This document shows positions 24,976-36,336 of a stretch of DNA of 64,000 nucleotides, piece by piece. This DNA comes from Calcarisporiella thermophila CBS 279.70 (lineage: Eukaryota > Fungi > Calcarisporiellomycota). Numbering within the stretch: the first letter of the stretch is position 1; each line of letters starts with the position of its first letter. The translations under genes and the position numbers were made by a program. The notes beneath the pieces are model-generated. The model ran no database searches and was not told where the DNA came from. It saw only the letters and a program-made list of their open reading frames with translations. The stretch covers positions 380,714 to 444,713 of the forward strand of contig NW_027192198.1 of the NCBI RefSeq assembly GCF_041956535.1, given 5' to 3'.

Positions 24976-25917
24976 TCTCTTGTCGCCTCCCCACCCCTCT
25001 CCCCTTTCCCCCCCTACATACAACCACTCGCACGCATTCACACTCACACACTCACTCACACACAAATCCACAAGAGACTTGTTCCCCCCCCCCCCCCTTA
25101 CTATCTGGATTGGGAGTATATAATGCTTTGTTTTTCATGTGTATAAACATCTCTTTTTTTTTCTTCTCTCTCTTCCTTTCTCTCTTTTGGATATGTAAGT
25201 AGATAATATATCGTATTTTTTCCCCCACTAAAAAAAAAACAATCTGTCTGGATGGTCTGGTCAACAACGCATACGAATAAGCCGAGTTCTCCACCCCCGG
25301 GCCACCCATAAAAACCGCTTTTCAACGGCCTTGATGCTACACTATCTGTTGTTCCTATTCAGGCCTCCTTGGCTGCGTTGACGCCGACCCTGGTTTCCCG
25401 GCAATAGACATCTAGTCACCGAGTACCGACCGGGCTCATTCCTCTCCCTCTCAGGCAATCCGAACTGATCTGATGACGGAGTTTTCTTAGATAAGCACGT
25501 TTCCCGGTGCATTTCAGGCCCCGCCTCACTCCGCGCTTCAAACTCCACCTTAGTAGGCTGATTGGTGAAGCAATGAGGTGTTCTGACAGCAGAGGAGAGG
25601 AGTCATCGATGAGGCATCGCCAGTGTGAGCCACCCGTGGCTACAGTGGCGCCTGGAATTTGGAAAAAAATAGGCGGGGATGTAAAGGGGAGGGGATCTTT
25701 ATTGATCATGATGCCAGTGTACAATATATTTAGAAGGGTTCAATGTACGTGTATAGGAAGAAGGGGATCCTTTGGAAATCAGAAAGCAGGAGGCAACAAA
25801 AACAAGAAAAACAAAGGGAACCTGAGTGGAAGAGTATAAGGGAGGGTGAGGAAAAGAATATATATTTTTTTATGTGTTTAGGTAGAAACCACAGCGTTGC
25901 CGGTGGTTGTCGTTAAT

Positions 25918-27753
25918 TTACAGGGATTGCTCCAACTCGCGCATCGCCTCGTCTAATCTCTGCTCCACCACCACATTGAGAGGCGCGTTCGAGCTTCGCT
26001 TGCGGCCATACCTACCGGCCGCCGGGGAGGACATAAGCACGCCGTTCACGCCCGCATACCCCGCCTCCAAGGCTCCTCGCTGCGAGCCCTGACTTGATAC
26101 GGAGTAGCCGCGACCGTTTCTCTCCTGCATGTAGCCGTGGTCGCCCACGTGCTGCGTCAGCTTCTCCATCAACCTGATGGTCGTGAAGTACTCGTCCTCC
26201 TCCCCTTCCTCGCTGTCGTAGTAGTAATCCTCCTCGTCTTCGAACGAAAACGCCGAGTTCCGCGACAGCTTCTCCGCGTTGCCCAGGAATACCCCCACGC
26301 TGTCCTCCTCGGGCATCATCTCCTCGTTGAAGTACAAGTTGTAGATGCTCGACCCGCGATATCTAATGCGTCCCCTCTCGTTCAAAGCCATCCCATCGCT
26401 CGATGAGAGGCTACGGCGTTGCCGGGAGGTTTCCGTCCCGGGAACCGTTAAAAAGTCGCGGCTCTCGGCCCCGGCCGCTCCTTTGCCAAAGGAGGCCTCC
26501 TCCTTCGAGGGCTCGGCACGACTCGGACGTCTCGCGGCCTCCGCCAGATTTGCCGACGAGTGCATGGGATGAAGCTTTCGGAGGGGATTTTTGGGAGTCA
26601 GGGGGGGTGCTGCCACGTCATCATCGTCGTTATCAGCGTTACCCTGCGGACCCCTCTTTCCGCAGCTCTTGGGCAGCTCCAGCTCTTTTGCGACGACGCG
26701 GGTCTGGGTGGAGGGCGATGGTGGGGTCTCGTCCCGGCGGGCCTTTTCGGCGTGCTGGTCTTCCTTGTGCTCCGCCTCTTCCCAGTGGGCCTTCTGTTCG
26801 ATATGCACGATGCCAGCGTGCTCTTGAGGGTTGCGCTGCCCCTCTGCTTCCTCTCCGCCGAGGGGCTCCTTGGCCCCCTTTGAACCGCCCTTGCCGTCGG
26901 TCCCTCGACGGCGCAGTGTGATCTTGCGAACCACGTTGGTGATGCGCTTCAACGGGCGCTGCAGGCTAGAGTCCTCGTGCTTCTCGGACGTGGGTGCCGT
27001 CGAGGCGAGCGGGACGGTGCTCACGGTACAGGTGGTCGAAACAAGCTGTGGGTGGGAGATTTCCAGAGGGCGGTCGCCCTTTGACCGCCACCAGCCCTCG
27101 CGAGTGCTGTGAGACCGGCGGAGGTGGGCGTGGGGGTGGGCGGCGGCGGCGGCGGCGGCCTCTCGTCTCTCCTGCTGTTCCTGCTGCATTTTCTCGATCA
27201 GATCGTGCAGGATGTAGTGCTGAGACTCGCGAAGAATCGCCCCCTTCTTCTTTGCGCCCTCGTTCTCCTTCTCCTCCAAGTTTGGCGCCAAGCCACCGAG
27301 CTTGGGGGTCCCCTTCATCTGCTTCTCGTGGAAATGTGCGTCGTGGATGCCCAAGTCCCGCAGGGCAGCGCCATACCTATCGAGCGGCGACTCGGTTTCC
27401 TCCAGGATCGCGAGTGGGGTGGTGACCATCGTGTGCGACGAAGAAGAGGAGGCGGCAGACGCAAGCGTGCTGTCCGAAGAGGTCGAGTTTTGCCTCTCCA
27501 AGTCGGGCACCCGGGCCCGAGTACGCATGCTCGGCGAGCGCAGGATGGAAAATCGCTCCTGCAGCTCGGGGAGAATGGGGGAGGTGGGCAGCTCTTGCCG
27601 AAATGCAGTGTTTGTCAGATGGTATTGGGCGCGGCGAGTCATGATTGCAATGTCCCTCTGCTCCAGGCGGGGAGTCTTGCGAAAGGATTCGGAGCGGGAG
27701 ACGGCGGCATGGTCGTGAGGAAGCATGGTCGTAGCTATCCTGTTGTTATTCAT
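25918..27753 (-). CDS. Hypothetical intronless 611-aa disordered protein
   Basis: Long ORF, Ser/Arg/Glu-rich, no recognised domain. Confidence 0.75.
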   Translation of the reverse strand: MNNNRIATTMLPHDHAAVSRSESFRKTPRLEQRDIAIMTRRAQYHLTNTAFRQELPTSPILPELQERFSILRSPSMRTRARVPDLERQNSTSSDSTLASAASSSSSHTMVTTPLAILEETESPLDRYGAALRDLGIHDAHFHEKQMKGTPKLGGLAPNLEEKENEGAKKKGAILRESQHYILHDLIEKMQQEQQERREAAAAAAAHPHAHLRRSHSTREGWWRSKGDRPLEISHPQLVSTTCTVSTVPLASTAPTSEKHEDSSLQRPLKRITNVVRKITLRRRGTDGKGGSKGAKEPLGGEEAEGQRNPQEHAGIVHIEQKAHWEEAEHKEDQHAEKARRDETPPSPSTQTRVVAKELELPKSCGKRGPQGNADNDDDDVAAPPLTPKNPLRKLHPMHSSANLAEAARRPSRAEPSKEEASFGKGAAGAESRDFLTVPGTETSRQRRSLSSSDGMALNERGRIRYRGSSIYNLYFNEEMMPEEDSVGVFLGNAEKLSRNSAFSFEDEEDYYYDSEEGEEDEYFTTIRLMEKLTQHVGDHGYMQERNGRGYSVSSQGSQRGALEAGYAGVNGVLMSSPAAGRYGRKRSSNAPLNVVVEQRLDEAMRELEQSL

Positions 27754-29635
27754 TTTATTTTATTTTATTCACTTGCTCTTCAGTGTTCAGTCCTAAGCCA
27801 AGATTGTAAACTGTCAATACGAGAAAGCCACACTACGCAGGGAAGAGAGCAAAGGGGGGGGGGGCTACCCTAAGGAGTCTCCGCGGTAAAGATACGTCGA
27901 AAATGACAATAAACCAGTTGTCAAGCTAATCAATGCGTAAGGAGGTGATGGTGGGCGAAAGGCCAGCTTTCGATGCGGGGAAATAACGAGGGGGATGGTG
28001 GATGGGATGGGAATGAGAGAGGAATGGCCAAACGCACCCGGCGAAAAATAAAGCGTGAAGATGAAAAGTGGTCGAGGAAACAGGAAATATCTCACTGCCG
28101 GAGTTTGATATGCCTGTTCATTTTCCTTTCAAATGGCCTGTGTGCAACTCAGCTTGCGGCGCTCCCATTGGTGTAAGCAATCAACAAGCGGCCCTTTTCT
28201 GATACAATCAGCGAAGGTCTCAGGCAGCGAATATTATTTTCAAACAAGATGAAGACGGCAACCAACGGAGCCTCCGTACAAGCTTATCTCCATGGCACCG
28301 TCTTCATTTCGGCTCTCCTTCTCCTTCCGGCCCAACCTCCAAAATTGCCTCCCACGGCCGGCTCTTCCGGCCGTCTGGGTCATCGCCCCCCGCCGCCCCC
28401 CAGCCCATCACCCCACTTGACGCTTTCTGGGCTAGGGGCCTCTCGGCGGGCAGTGCCACGCGCGTTCGGATTTCCTCTCTGCCAATGCAGACGCTTCGTA
28501 CCCTCCACAGCAGCCCGTGGAGGCAGGCGAGCCTTGCCTGTTTAGGGCCCTGGAGATGACAGAACCACTCTGTTTTTAATTAACTTGGATCGATTCCACC
28601 AATCTGGTCGTGGTGATTAAAAATACGCCAATGACACTAGGCCCAGATTGTCAATCGAATCAGGGCTGCATTTGGTAATCAATGAAGGATCCAGACGAGG
28701 TCGTCTCTGCAAATCGGGAAATCGGAATTGCCATCCTCCTTTGGACATGCAGTATGACGACGGATATGCTCAGTCTATCGAGCTAGGCAGGTATTCCAAG
28801 AATCATGGGCACGGCAGGAACTCTTGCCAAGAGCCTGCTTTACCACGAAAGTTGGCGGCTGTGGCTTGGAGGGGATCAAACTTGGGTTCTTTATAGCAAG
28901 ATTGAGTGGTTGGAAATCTCAGAATATTGGATGTTTCGGAAGCGATCTTCCTTCCCCCCCACCCCCTCCCATAATTTTGTTCAGAATTAGGACAAGAAGC
29001 CAAGAGGAGTGGGTTCACGATGGAATTGCGCGCCTAGTACTAATTTATAATTAATGACCGATTTTCTAATTGCCAACCTAACTCTACGCAATAGAATTAA
29101 AACCTCAGTTCTCGAAACATTTAATTACTAAATCTTGGAGGGGGGCTGATACAGCCCCTTAGTGCAATTCAGGACATCTTAGGTTAACTAACCAATCCCT
29201 AACTGTATAATGTACGCAGAGTATATTCGTATTTATTACAGTTAATAAAAAGCCGCTCGCGTTATGCGATATTTCGCTGCCCTCCATCTCCCCTTATATG
29301 TTGGACATGGTTGCGTAAGCAGGCTGTGCCAAATTGCTTGTCAGCGCAAATATCGCTGTACAAACCCTGTACACCGGACGCACGCTGTACCGCACAGCCT
29401 GTGAGGTGGACATTGGCCCCTGAAAACACCTGCCTGGCACACAAGGTGAGGCACTATATATAGAACCTGCCCTCTTTGTTTGAGCACCCTGGTGGCTTTT
29501 ACAACAAATGCGCCACGTCACGTGCGGGGAGCGACCGGCATCGTATTTTTATACGATGCCAGTCGCAACGAGCCACAAGCCACAGGCCCGTTTCGCCTGC
29601 TCACTCTGCACCAGCGTGTCCCCTCTCCCCCTTCA

Positions 29636-31567
29636 ATGGCCGCCTTACCCACCACCGATGCTGCCGCTGTCTTCGCTGCCCGCCGTTTCCTCAACTTTGC
29701 CGCCGAGCAGCATGATGCCAACTGCGCGTGGCTGCGGAGCGTGTTCGGCAAGGACAGCAACATCTACGATGGCGTGAAGAGCTACGAATGTGAGTCTGCA
29801 ATGAAGAACTTTGTTCGGTTTGCGCATTCGCGGGAGCATCCTTATCGCCAGAGCGAAGACGACGACGATGACGACGAACCATTCCAAGTGACGCCCGTCG
29901 ACGTTGCAGCGCTAGTGGTGATGACTGCCGTGCAAGATCATCCGCGCTACCATCACGTGGTGCAGGTCGCTGCGCGGTGCATTGCGCGCTCTGTAGTAGC
30001 CATGCTCCGCTCCCATCACGACAGCGCTCCATCTCTCGCCTCGGCATCTGCTATCAGCATCGAGCCGGAGGCCACGGCGAATGACACGTTTTCCGAGTAT
30101 AGTGAAGGATGGACAATTGGCCAGTTCTTTTGGGTTGGCAATGTAGAGCGGGCAGCAGCGCCCGATGCGCAGCTGCGCATTGCGCGTGCGCGAGCCGCTG
30201 GCGTGCATCCACACGAGGATGATGTGGCAATGTGCAGCAGCGTCGCTAGAGACGACGACATTATGCGCGCACGCGCCGGGCCGATGCGCGGCAACCCATC
30301 GGCCATTCGCTTGACCACGGGCGCCGACGTGCCGCCGTGCGACGCATTCTGGGCGGATGGTGGGTCGCATGAACCGCGGCTGCTGGCGCTGGTGGCGCTG
30401 GCCGAGGCGCGACTCGGCGTGCCGATTCCGGTGCTGGCTGGCGACGTGGTCGCCGACGATGACATGCCGAGCATGGGCATCGATGCCGCATTCCTCGTGC
30501 TGATGGCGTGCGGCGTGCTGGGCGGCGACGACACGTTAGATAACGGAGCCAAGTTTTTGCTGCGGCCAGCCACGATCAAGGCATTGCGCGACATTGGCGC
30601 CGGCAGCGCTGCTGGTACCCTTACCGGCGCTCCAGATGGTTGCGACGACATCGAGATGGTCGCCACGTACGCATTGCTACTTCGCCACAGCCAGTACGAT
30701 ATGTCCGCCGAGCCCAGCTATCCGAGCCTGCCTTACAAGCCGCTGTGGGGCATTCTTTTGGAGCCCAGCCACGAGCGCCGCTTTCCGGCATTAACCAGCC
30801 TGGCACGCGTCGCCGACATGGCGCGCAACGTGACCGATGATGACCGCATCGTGCTGTGCGATAGCTGTCAGTACATGCGCATCTTCTCGGTGGCGTGCGA
30901 CTGCGCCGACGCCGGTACGTGCGAAGTGTGCCGGTGCGCGGAGGTGCTCCGCAGCGTGTTCTGGCAAAACGCATTGCGGCCAGCAGGCGAAACTGGCTTT
31001 GCGCAACTTTCGATGTTGCGCAAGTACTGCTGGGACAGCGTGGGTGGGTCGAACACGACGCACCAATGGTTGCCGCCGCCATCATGCGCGTCAAGTGCAG
31101 TCGAACCGACAATGCTGTGCACCACCGCGGAGCCCAGCGTGCCGCTGCGCAGCTTGCTCAAGCTGGGCGTGTTTCCGAGCACCGTCGGCAGTCTGAATGT
31201 CTCCGGGCTGCCCGACGTGCCACTGATCCGGCCCGAGCACCAGTTCACTCCGGTGTACACGATGACTCAGCAGCTCGTGCTGGCTGCGGTTCCGCAGCGG
31301 TACGAGCTGGCGATGGTGGATGTGTACAAGCCGTGCTTGCCTGACAGACTACACAGCGTGCTAGGCCGCACGTACGAGCAGCCGCGACGGGCCAGTGAGG
31401 ACTATACGTCGCTTAAGCGCGAGACGATGGAGGCGCTGCACAGTGTGCGTGTTTGGGAGCGGAGAACCGATGTGACGAGCCAGTCTTGGTCTCAGAGGTA
31501 TGTTTGGCCTTCGACAATTCGTCACGAACTGCAGGACGACGTGCAGCTGTGGCTGACGCCAGAGTAA
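29636..31567 (+). CDS. Orphan GC-rich intronless protein (about 643 aa) with Cys cluster; possible foreign/viral origin
   Basis: The frame is open from 29480; first ATG at 29636 (MAALPTTD). TATATA at about 29455. Contains CDSC-x9-CDC-x5-CEVCRC. CG/GC-dinucleotide-rich, with none of the poly-C/G tracts or introns seen in flanking genes. Confidence 0.7.
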   Translation: MAALPTTDAAAVFAARRFLNFAAEQHDANCAWLRSVFGKDSNIYDGVKSYECESAMKNFVRFAHSREHPYRQSEDDDDDDEPFQVTPVDVAALVVMTAVQDHPRYHHVVQVAARCIARSVVAMLRSHHDSAPSLASASAISIEPEATANDTFSEYSEGWTIGQFFWVGNVERAAAPDAQLRIARARAAGVHPHEDDVAMCSSVARDDDIMRARAGPMRGNPSAIRLTTGADVPPCDAFWADGGSHEPRLLALVALAEARLGVPIPVLAGDVVADDDMPSMGIDAAFLVLMACGVLGGDDTLDNGAKFLLRPATIKALRDIGAGSAAGTLTGAPDGCDDIEMVATYALLLRHSQYDMSAEPSYPSLPYKPLWGILLEPSHERRFPALTSLARVADMARNVTDDDRIVLCDSCQYMRIFSVACDCADAGTCEVCRCAEVLRSVFWQNALRPAGETGFAQLSMLRKYCWDSVGGSNTTHQWLPPPSCASSAVEPTMLCTTAEPSVPLRSLLKLGVFPSTVGSLNVSGLPDVPLIRPEHQFTPVYTMTQQLVLAAVPQRYELAMVDVYKPCLPDRLHSVLGRTYEQPRRASEDYTSLKRETMEALHSVRVWERRTDVTSQSWSQRYVWPSTIRHELQDDVQLWLTPE

Positions 31568-31949
31568 GCTCGACTGCCGTGATATGGCCAAAGATTTTCT
31601 TCAGACAACTCTTGTTCTTGGTCTCTCAATATCATGGATGACTGTGCACGTGCTTATGCTCGCTCCTTCCCACAAGCGTACAGCCATACCGCCTTTTCTT
31701 CAGGACATTGTAATGTGTATATTGAGATAGATAGATAGATGTTCCATGATTAAATAATAAATTGATAAAAATCATTTCCTAGTGTCTATAGATCTTTGTG
31801 AGCGGCCTATTTCACTCGTGTGGATTGCGATTAGCTATTTCTATAGAAATCCTTCTATCAATGGCACTAAATACACTTAAATAGTCTACATAACCAAGAA
31901 ATGTCGGAATCAGCTTGAATGCTTCCGAGGTAAAGGTAAGATATGTAAT

Positions 31950-33150
31950 ACAATATAATTGCACAGCATGAATACACGGTTTTATCCACAACGTGCCGAC
32001 ATTATGCTCGAAAGAAGCTTGGCCAGTTTCGCAGTGGCGGCAGTCGAAGTCGAGATTTACAGAATACAGTAGCCAGAACAACAACCCGCATCTCGGCTAG
32101 GGTCGGTACTGTTTTGATTGGAACCACCATGATTCTTGGCCGATGTGCGTTTAGATTTCGTATACATTTGATACATCCCGATCCAGGTGTGGTGACATAT
32201 GAGCTGGGGGTTATTGCAATCACTTCGCCGCTAGTTTTTTTCGGTGGCTACGGCCAACTGTGGCTGCGACTTTTCATCCCCAGAGGCATAGCAACGCAGA
32301 ATCTTCGGTCGCGCCTGCAAGACTGGTCCATGCAAGCATGGCTTTTGGCCGAAGACGCTGAAATTGCTCGTCGAAGTCATCGCCAAAGAGTCTGATAATG
32401 CCAGTATTATCGAGTAGGCCATAATATGCGGCAAAAGCACCGGGACAAAGGCCATCTGCATTCGTTTCTGTCGGCAGCTGGAAGGCTTTTGCCAGGTCTA
32501 CGTGTACACTTTTCGTTGTTTCCAGGAAACTCGGGAAGTCCTTGTACCAATCGGCGAGTTGGCCCATGCTCAAGATGAAGAACGCTTCTCTTATGGAAGT
32601 TATACCAGCTATATCCATGATTAAGTCGTTTCCGTTTAATCTAATCCAATGGATCTCAAATGCCATCTTGACACCTGTAGTTGTTATGCCAGAGCCCTGC
32701 ATTATATCTGATCCCAGGTAGGCACATGTGCTAAGATCGCCGCGTTCGACACTTAAGGCGTGTAGCTTTGTGGTGAGATTGACGACGCTCCCGGCGTAGT
32801 TAACCAGCGATGGGCGACATGATAAGAGTCCACATATGCCATACACCCTGTCTTGTTCGCGTGCTGATCGCCTGCATTACGTCCCAATAGCTTATTTCGT
32901 ATTTTCGATACATCTGTCGGAGCCTTATTATTTTTCACGTTTTACTCTGCTGGAGTTCTTGAAGAATGGCCTTTCCGAGAAAGTCTCGTTGCTGCAGCAG
33001 TAAGTCGGCTAGCAAGTCACATAATCCTATCGGCTTGAATAAACACGCACCATAGTGAGTTGCAATCCCCTGGCCAGCCGACAGCTACCACCGTTTTAAT
33101 GTCGCACAGTATCCCCACTGCCCTGCGATAGTAGGTCCATTCATTGTTAT
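31950..33150 (-). pseudogene. Degraded HET-domain-associated (heterokaryon incompatibility family) gene remnant
   Basis: SYWDVMQAISTRT / DRVYGICGLL..SLVNY..V..L...L....GDLS is split across a frameshift near 32850. In-frame stops at about 32935 and 32274. Matches the R..T..DrvY..lGll..vdY motif found C-terminal to HET domains. Boundaries are approximate. Confidence 0.55.
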
Positions 33151-34287
33151 CTCTTTGCCAAAATATCGATGTTTCTCGTGCCTCCGTAAAGAGGGAAATG
33201 AGGGAAATGAAGAAAAACAATGCTAATCCTTAATCGCGTTGCCTAATCTATTTCGGGATAAGATTCTTAGCTCTAGATAACAGCCATTAAGCCTAAAACT
33301 CTCGCTTTGTATGGCTAATTTAGACTCCAAGGTTGACATCAACCTGAATGCGTTTTCATTCGAGGCCTTGGCCCCTAGACGCTCTCCTGTTCCTGGCTCT
33401 TCTTTGCAGCAGCCTTCATTAAAGAGAGGAGAAGTAGGCGCTGGAATTACTCGGGCATTTCTGTTTGGGGTTGGGGAGAGAGCTGGGCATGGGGCGAGTG
33501 TTAGCCATCCGAGAATCGCGTCCGAGAATTTGAGGCTAAAACCTATTCCCTTTTTCCTCTGCGCTCCCAGCCTATGCCACAATACCCCTTGAAGAAGCGT
33601 TTGTGGCTTTGGTTTCATGCCAGTTTCATCAACTCCATCACAGCCCAATTTTCCCACCTCCTCCACCGTGGCTCTCGTCCCAACTCTCACCAACACACTT
33701 GCCCAAGGGGTCTCCTTTGTTGCCCATGGCCCCCATCCACCCCCGCTCATTTATGATGAATACGTCGTAGTATATACAAGGAATTATTAAAGATTGATAA
33801 AAATACCCGTGCGCTAAAATGAAAATGGAAAAGAGCTTTGCGGGGCAAAGGGGCCACGTCATAAATTGCATATCGTAGATTATGTATCAGAGGAGAGGGG
33901 GGAGGGGAGGATGTTCGAACGTTTGGAGGCAATCCTTGGCTGGGGGCCGCAGGCATAGGTCTAGTTCTGATAAGCATGTGACACATCTTCTATATAGATT
34001 TGTCACCGCGATAATAAGCTATGCCCTTTCGATAATGCAATAGGGAGCACCCGCATCTGTCTCAAGAAAGAATGCCTAATCGATGGCCATGGCACGAAAT
34101 GCGCTAAGGATAGGGCGGTCGACTGGGGAGTGGAGGGAGGGGCCAATGCGCCCATTCTAGGATGGACTCGCGAAATTTCTACTTGCGGAAGAGGGAATGC
34201 CTGTTGTTTGAGCGATAGAGGGGCTGCTCCGCGTTGCGTGGTGCTCGGAAGAGCTCCAAGCTATCAGGAGGAGAGGCCCATTTTTGC

Positions 34288-34301
34288 AGAGAGAGAGAGA
34301 A

Positions 34302-34332
<31 letters not shown>

Positions 34333-34664
34333 NNNNNNNNNNNNNNNNNNNNNNNNNNNNNNNNNNNNNNNNNNNNNNNNNNNNNNNNNNNNNNNNNNNN
34401 NNNNNNNNNNNNNNNNNNNNNNNNNNNNNNNNNNNNNNNNNNNNNNNNNNNNNNNNNNNNNNNNNNNNNNNNNNNNNNNNNNNNNNNNNNNNNNNNNNNN
34501 NNNNNNNNNNNNNNNNNNNNNNNNNNNNNNNNNNNNNNNNNNNNNNNNNNNNNNNNNNNNNNNNNNNNNNNNNNNNNNNNNNNNNNNNNNNNNNNNNNNN
34601 NNNNNNNNNNNNNNNNNNNNNNNNNNNNNNNNNNNNNNNNNNNAGAGAGAGAGAGAGAGAGAGA
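34288..34664. repeat. (GA)n microsatellite spanning an assembly gap (N at 34333-34643)
   Basis: GA repeats on both sides of the N run. Confidence 0.95.
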
Positions 34665-35180
34665 GGCAAGATCGGCGTTATTCTCCTCTCAAACAGGCAT
34701 GCAACATGAGGCACATAATCTCGCCTCGATCTCCTACTCTATTTGCGCATTCCGTGTTTTTTTTCAAGTTTTATTTCCCCATTAATAAATCCAATTGGAG
34801 AGTGAGAAGACAAATCGCCTTTTGAGCCGGCCCGCAGGATTGTCGCCTTCTTTTCGGGGGATTGTCGTGGAAATGAGGGGAGAACTCGGCGCGAGGGGGG
34901 AGAAATGCGTCGCATGGGGGCGGGCGATGACGTACGGCCCCGCAGGATGCTCTATTCCCGCTCTCCACCACTCTCTCCCAGCAGTAAAACATTTGCCGTA
35001 CAAAATGATAAGAAACAGCTCGGTGGTTACACCAACGATAACTTAGGTGAATGCCTCTCAGCCAAAAAAAGTTTCTCTTTTTTTCCTTCTTTTTTTTTTC
35101 CAACCCTGTTCTCCACTGGAGATTTTCCTTGCCATCGAAAGCCCATACTGCTGCTCCCAGCCATTGTCTCCGGATCCGCC

Positions 35181-36336
35181 ATGTCACAAACCCACCCCTC
35201 CGCCGCCGGCTTCCTCGCGCCCACCAAGCGCATCCTCGTCAACCCCGCCCTGGACCCCTTGGACGCTCTCGTCCCAGAATTGGACGCGGCAAGCACCACC
35301 GCGGAACAAGGTGATCCGGATATCGACGACATCGACGTCGAGGTGGACAGCGTCAAGCGCAAGCCCTCCGTCACCTTCGAGCCGCCCATTTCGGACAACC
35401 TCAATTACGCCCAGCGCCGCAGCTTTGACACTCTAGCTTTATCAACGGCGCTGCAGGACATCGGCGGAGAGCCGGTGCCGCCCTCTCCACAGCTGGACAT
35501 CAATGCACAGCTGGTGCCGGACGAAATCTTAGTTGCATTGTTGGATAGAGACAAGGTAGGTTGGCTCGAGTGGGATGGGGGAGGGGGCTCGATGGGGCTT
35601 TTTTTTGGCCACTGTGCCCTGGCCCCTCTAATGCTTTTGCAGCTCCGCTGAACCCTTCTTGGCACGGTAGGAAATGCGAGATCTTGTCCGTTTAAATGGA
35701 GGCTACTTTGAGCAGATCCGGCATTCGCTCGCAGACGACTACGAGGACTTCCTCAATCTGCTCTACGTTCCGCGGGACGAGCTTCCCGACCGGATGTGGA
35801 TGGAGCGTGTGCGGGAATACATGACCTCCACCCCTTGTTATTTCCAAAAGTTCAAGCTACTCGTCGGCTACGACGACGAAGATGAGGATGTGGACGACGA
35901 CGACGACGACTTACAGAGTGAGGCAAGCTACGACGAGGTCAACCTCGCCGCCATCCGGGGGTACCCATTCAAGATGGCGCTTCTCGAGAAGAATTATCCT
36001 CAGTTTTTCGTGAACGCACGACGGAGCCTACGGGATATGCCGCATGCTACGACGCAGACGAAGGAGAGAGAGAGACAGGAGGAAGAGGAGGAAGAGGAGG
36101 AGGAAGAAGACTATGCAGAGCTGGAGGAAAGCGAGCGGTACAAGCAATTCTGCCGCATCCTCTTCACGCGTGTTGAAGAGTTGTCGGATGACGAATGGAA
36201 GCGCAGCCTGTACGAGTGCCTAGAAAATGCGCCCAACCTCCTCCTACAGTTGAAGGAGATTGTGTACTATGAGACTTCGGGCAACACGCCTGCTGAAGAG
36301 GTGCCCAAGTGCATTGAACGCTCAGTCCTGCTTTAG
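35181..36336 (+). CDS. Hypothetical protein with two internal helical repeats (PAH/HHD-like), 2 exons
   Basis: Exon 1 MSQTHPS...LLDRDK|gtaggt, exon 2 EMRDLVRLN...; the duplicated unit is separated by acidic tracts. Confidence 0.8.

Noticed and set aside
27030-27075. LEISHPQLVSTT as a CRIB motif in the 611-aa protein
   Set aside because: Lacks the F-x-H-x-x-H part of the CRIB consensus.
32274-32940. In-frame TGA codons as selenocysteine or readthrough
   Set aside because: They are accompanied by frameshifts and TAG/TAA stops, there is no redox motif and no SECIS was recognised; pseudogenisation is simpler.
29020-33970. Helitron or TIR transposon explaining the accessory island
   Set aside because: No Rep/helicase or DDE coding sequence, no terminal inverted repeats, and the CTAG sites lack a properly spaced hairpin.
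34130-34825. ORFs spanning the N run
   Set aside because: Artefacts of the assembly gap and GA repeats.
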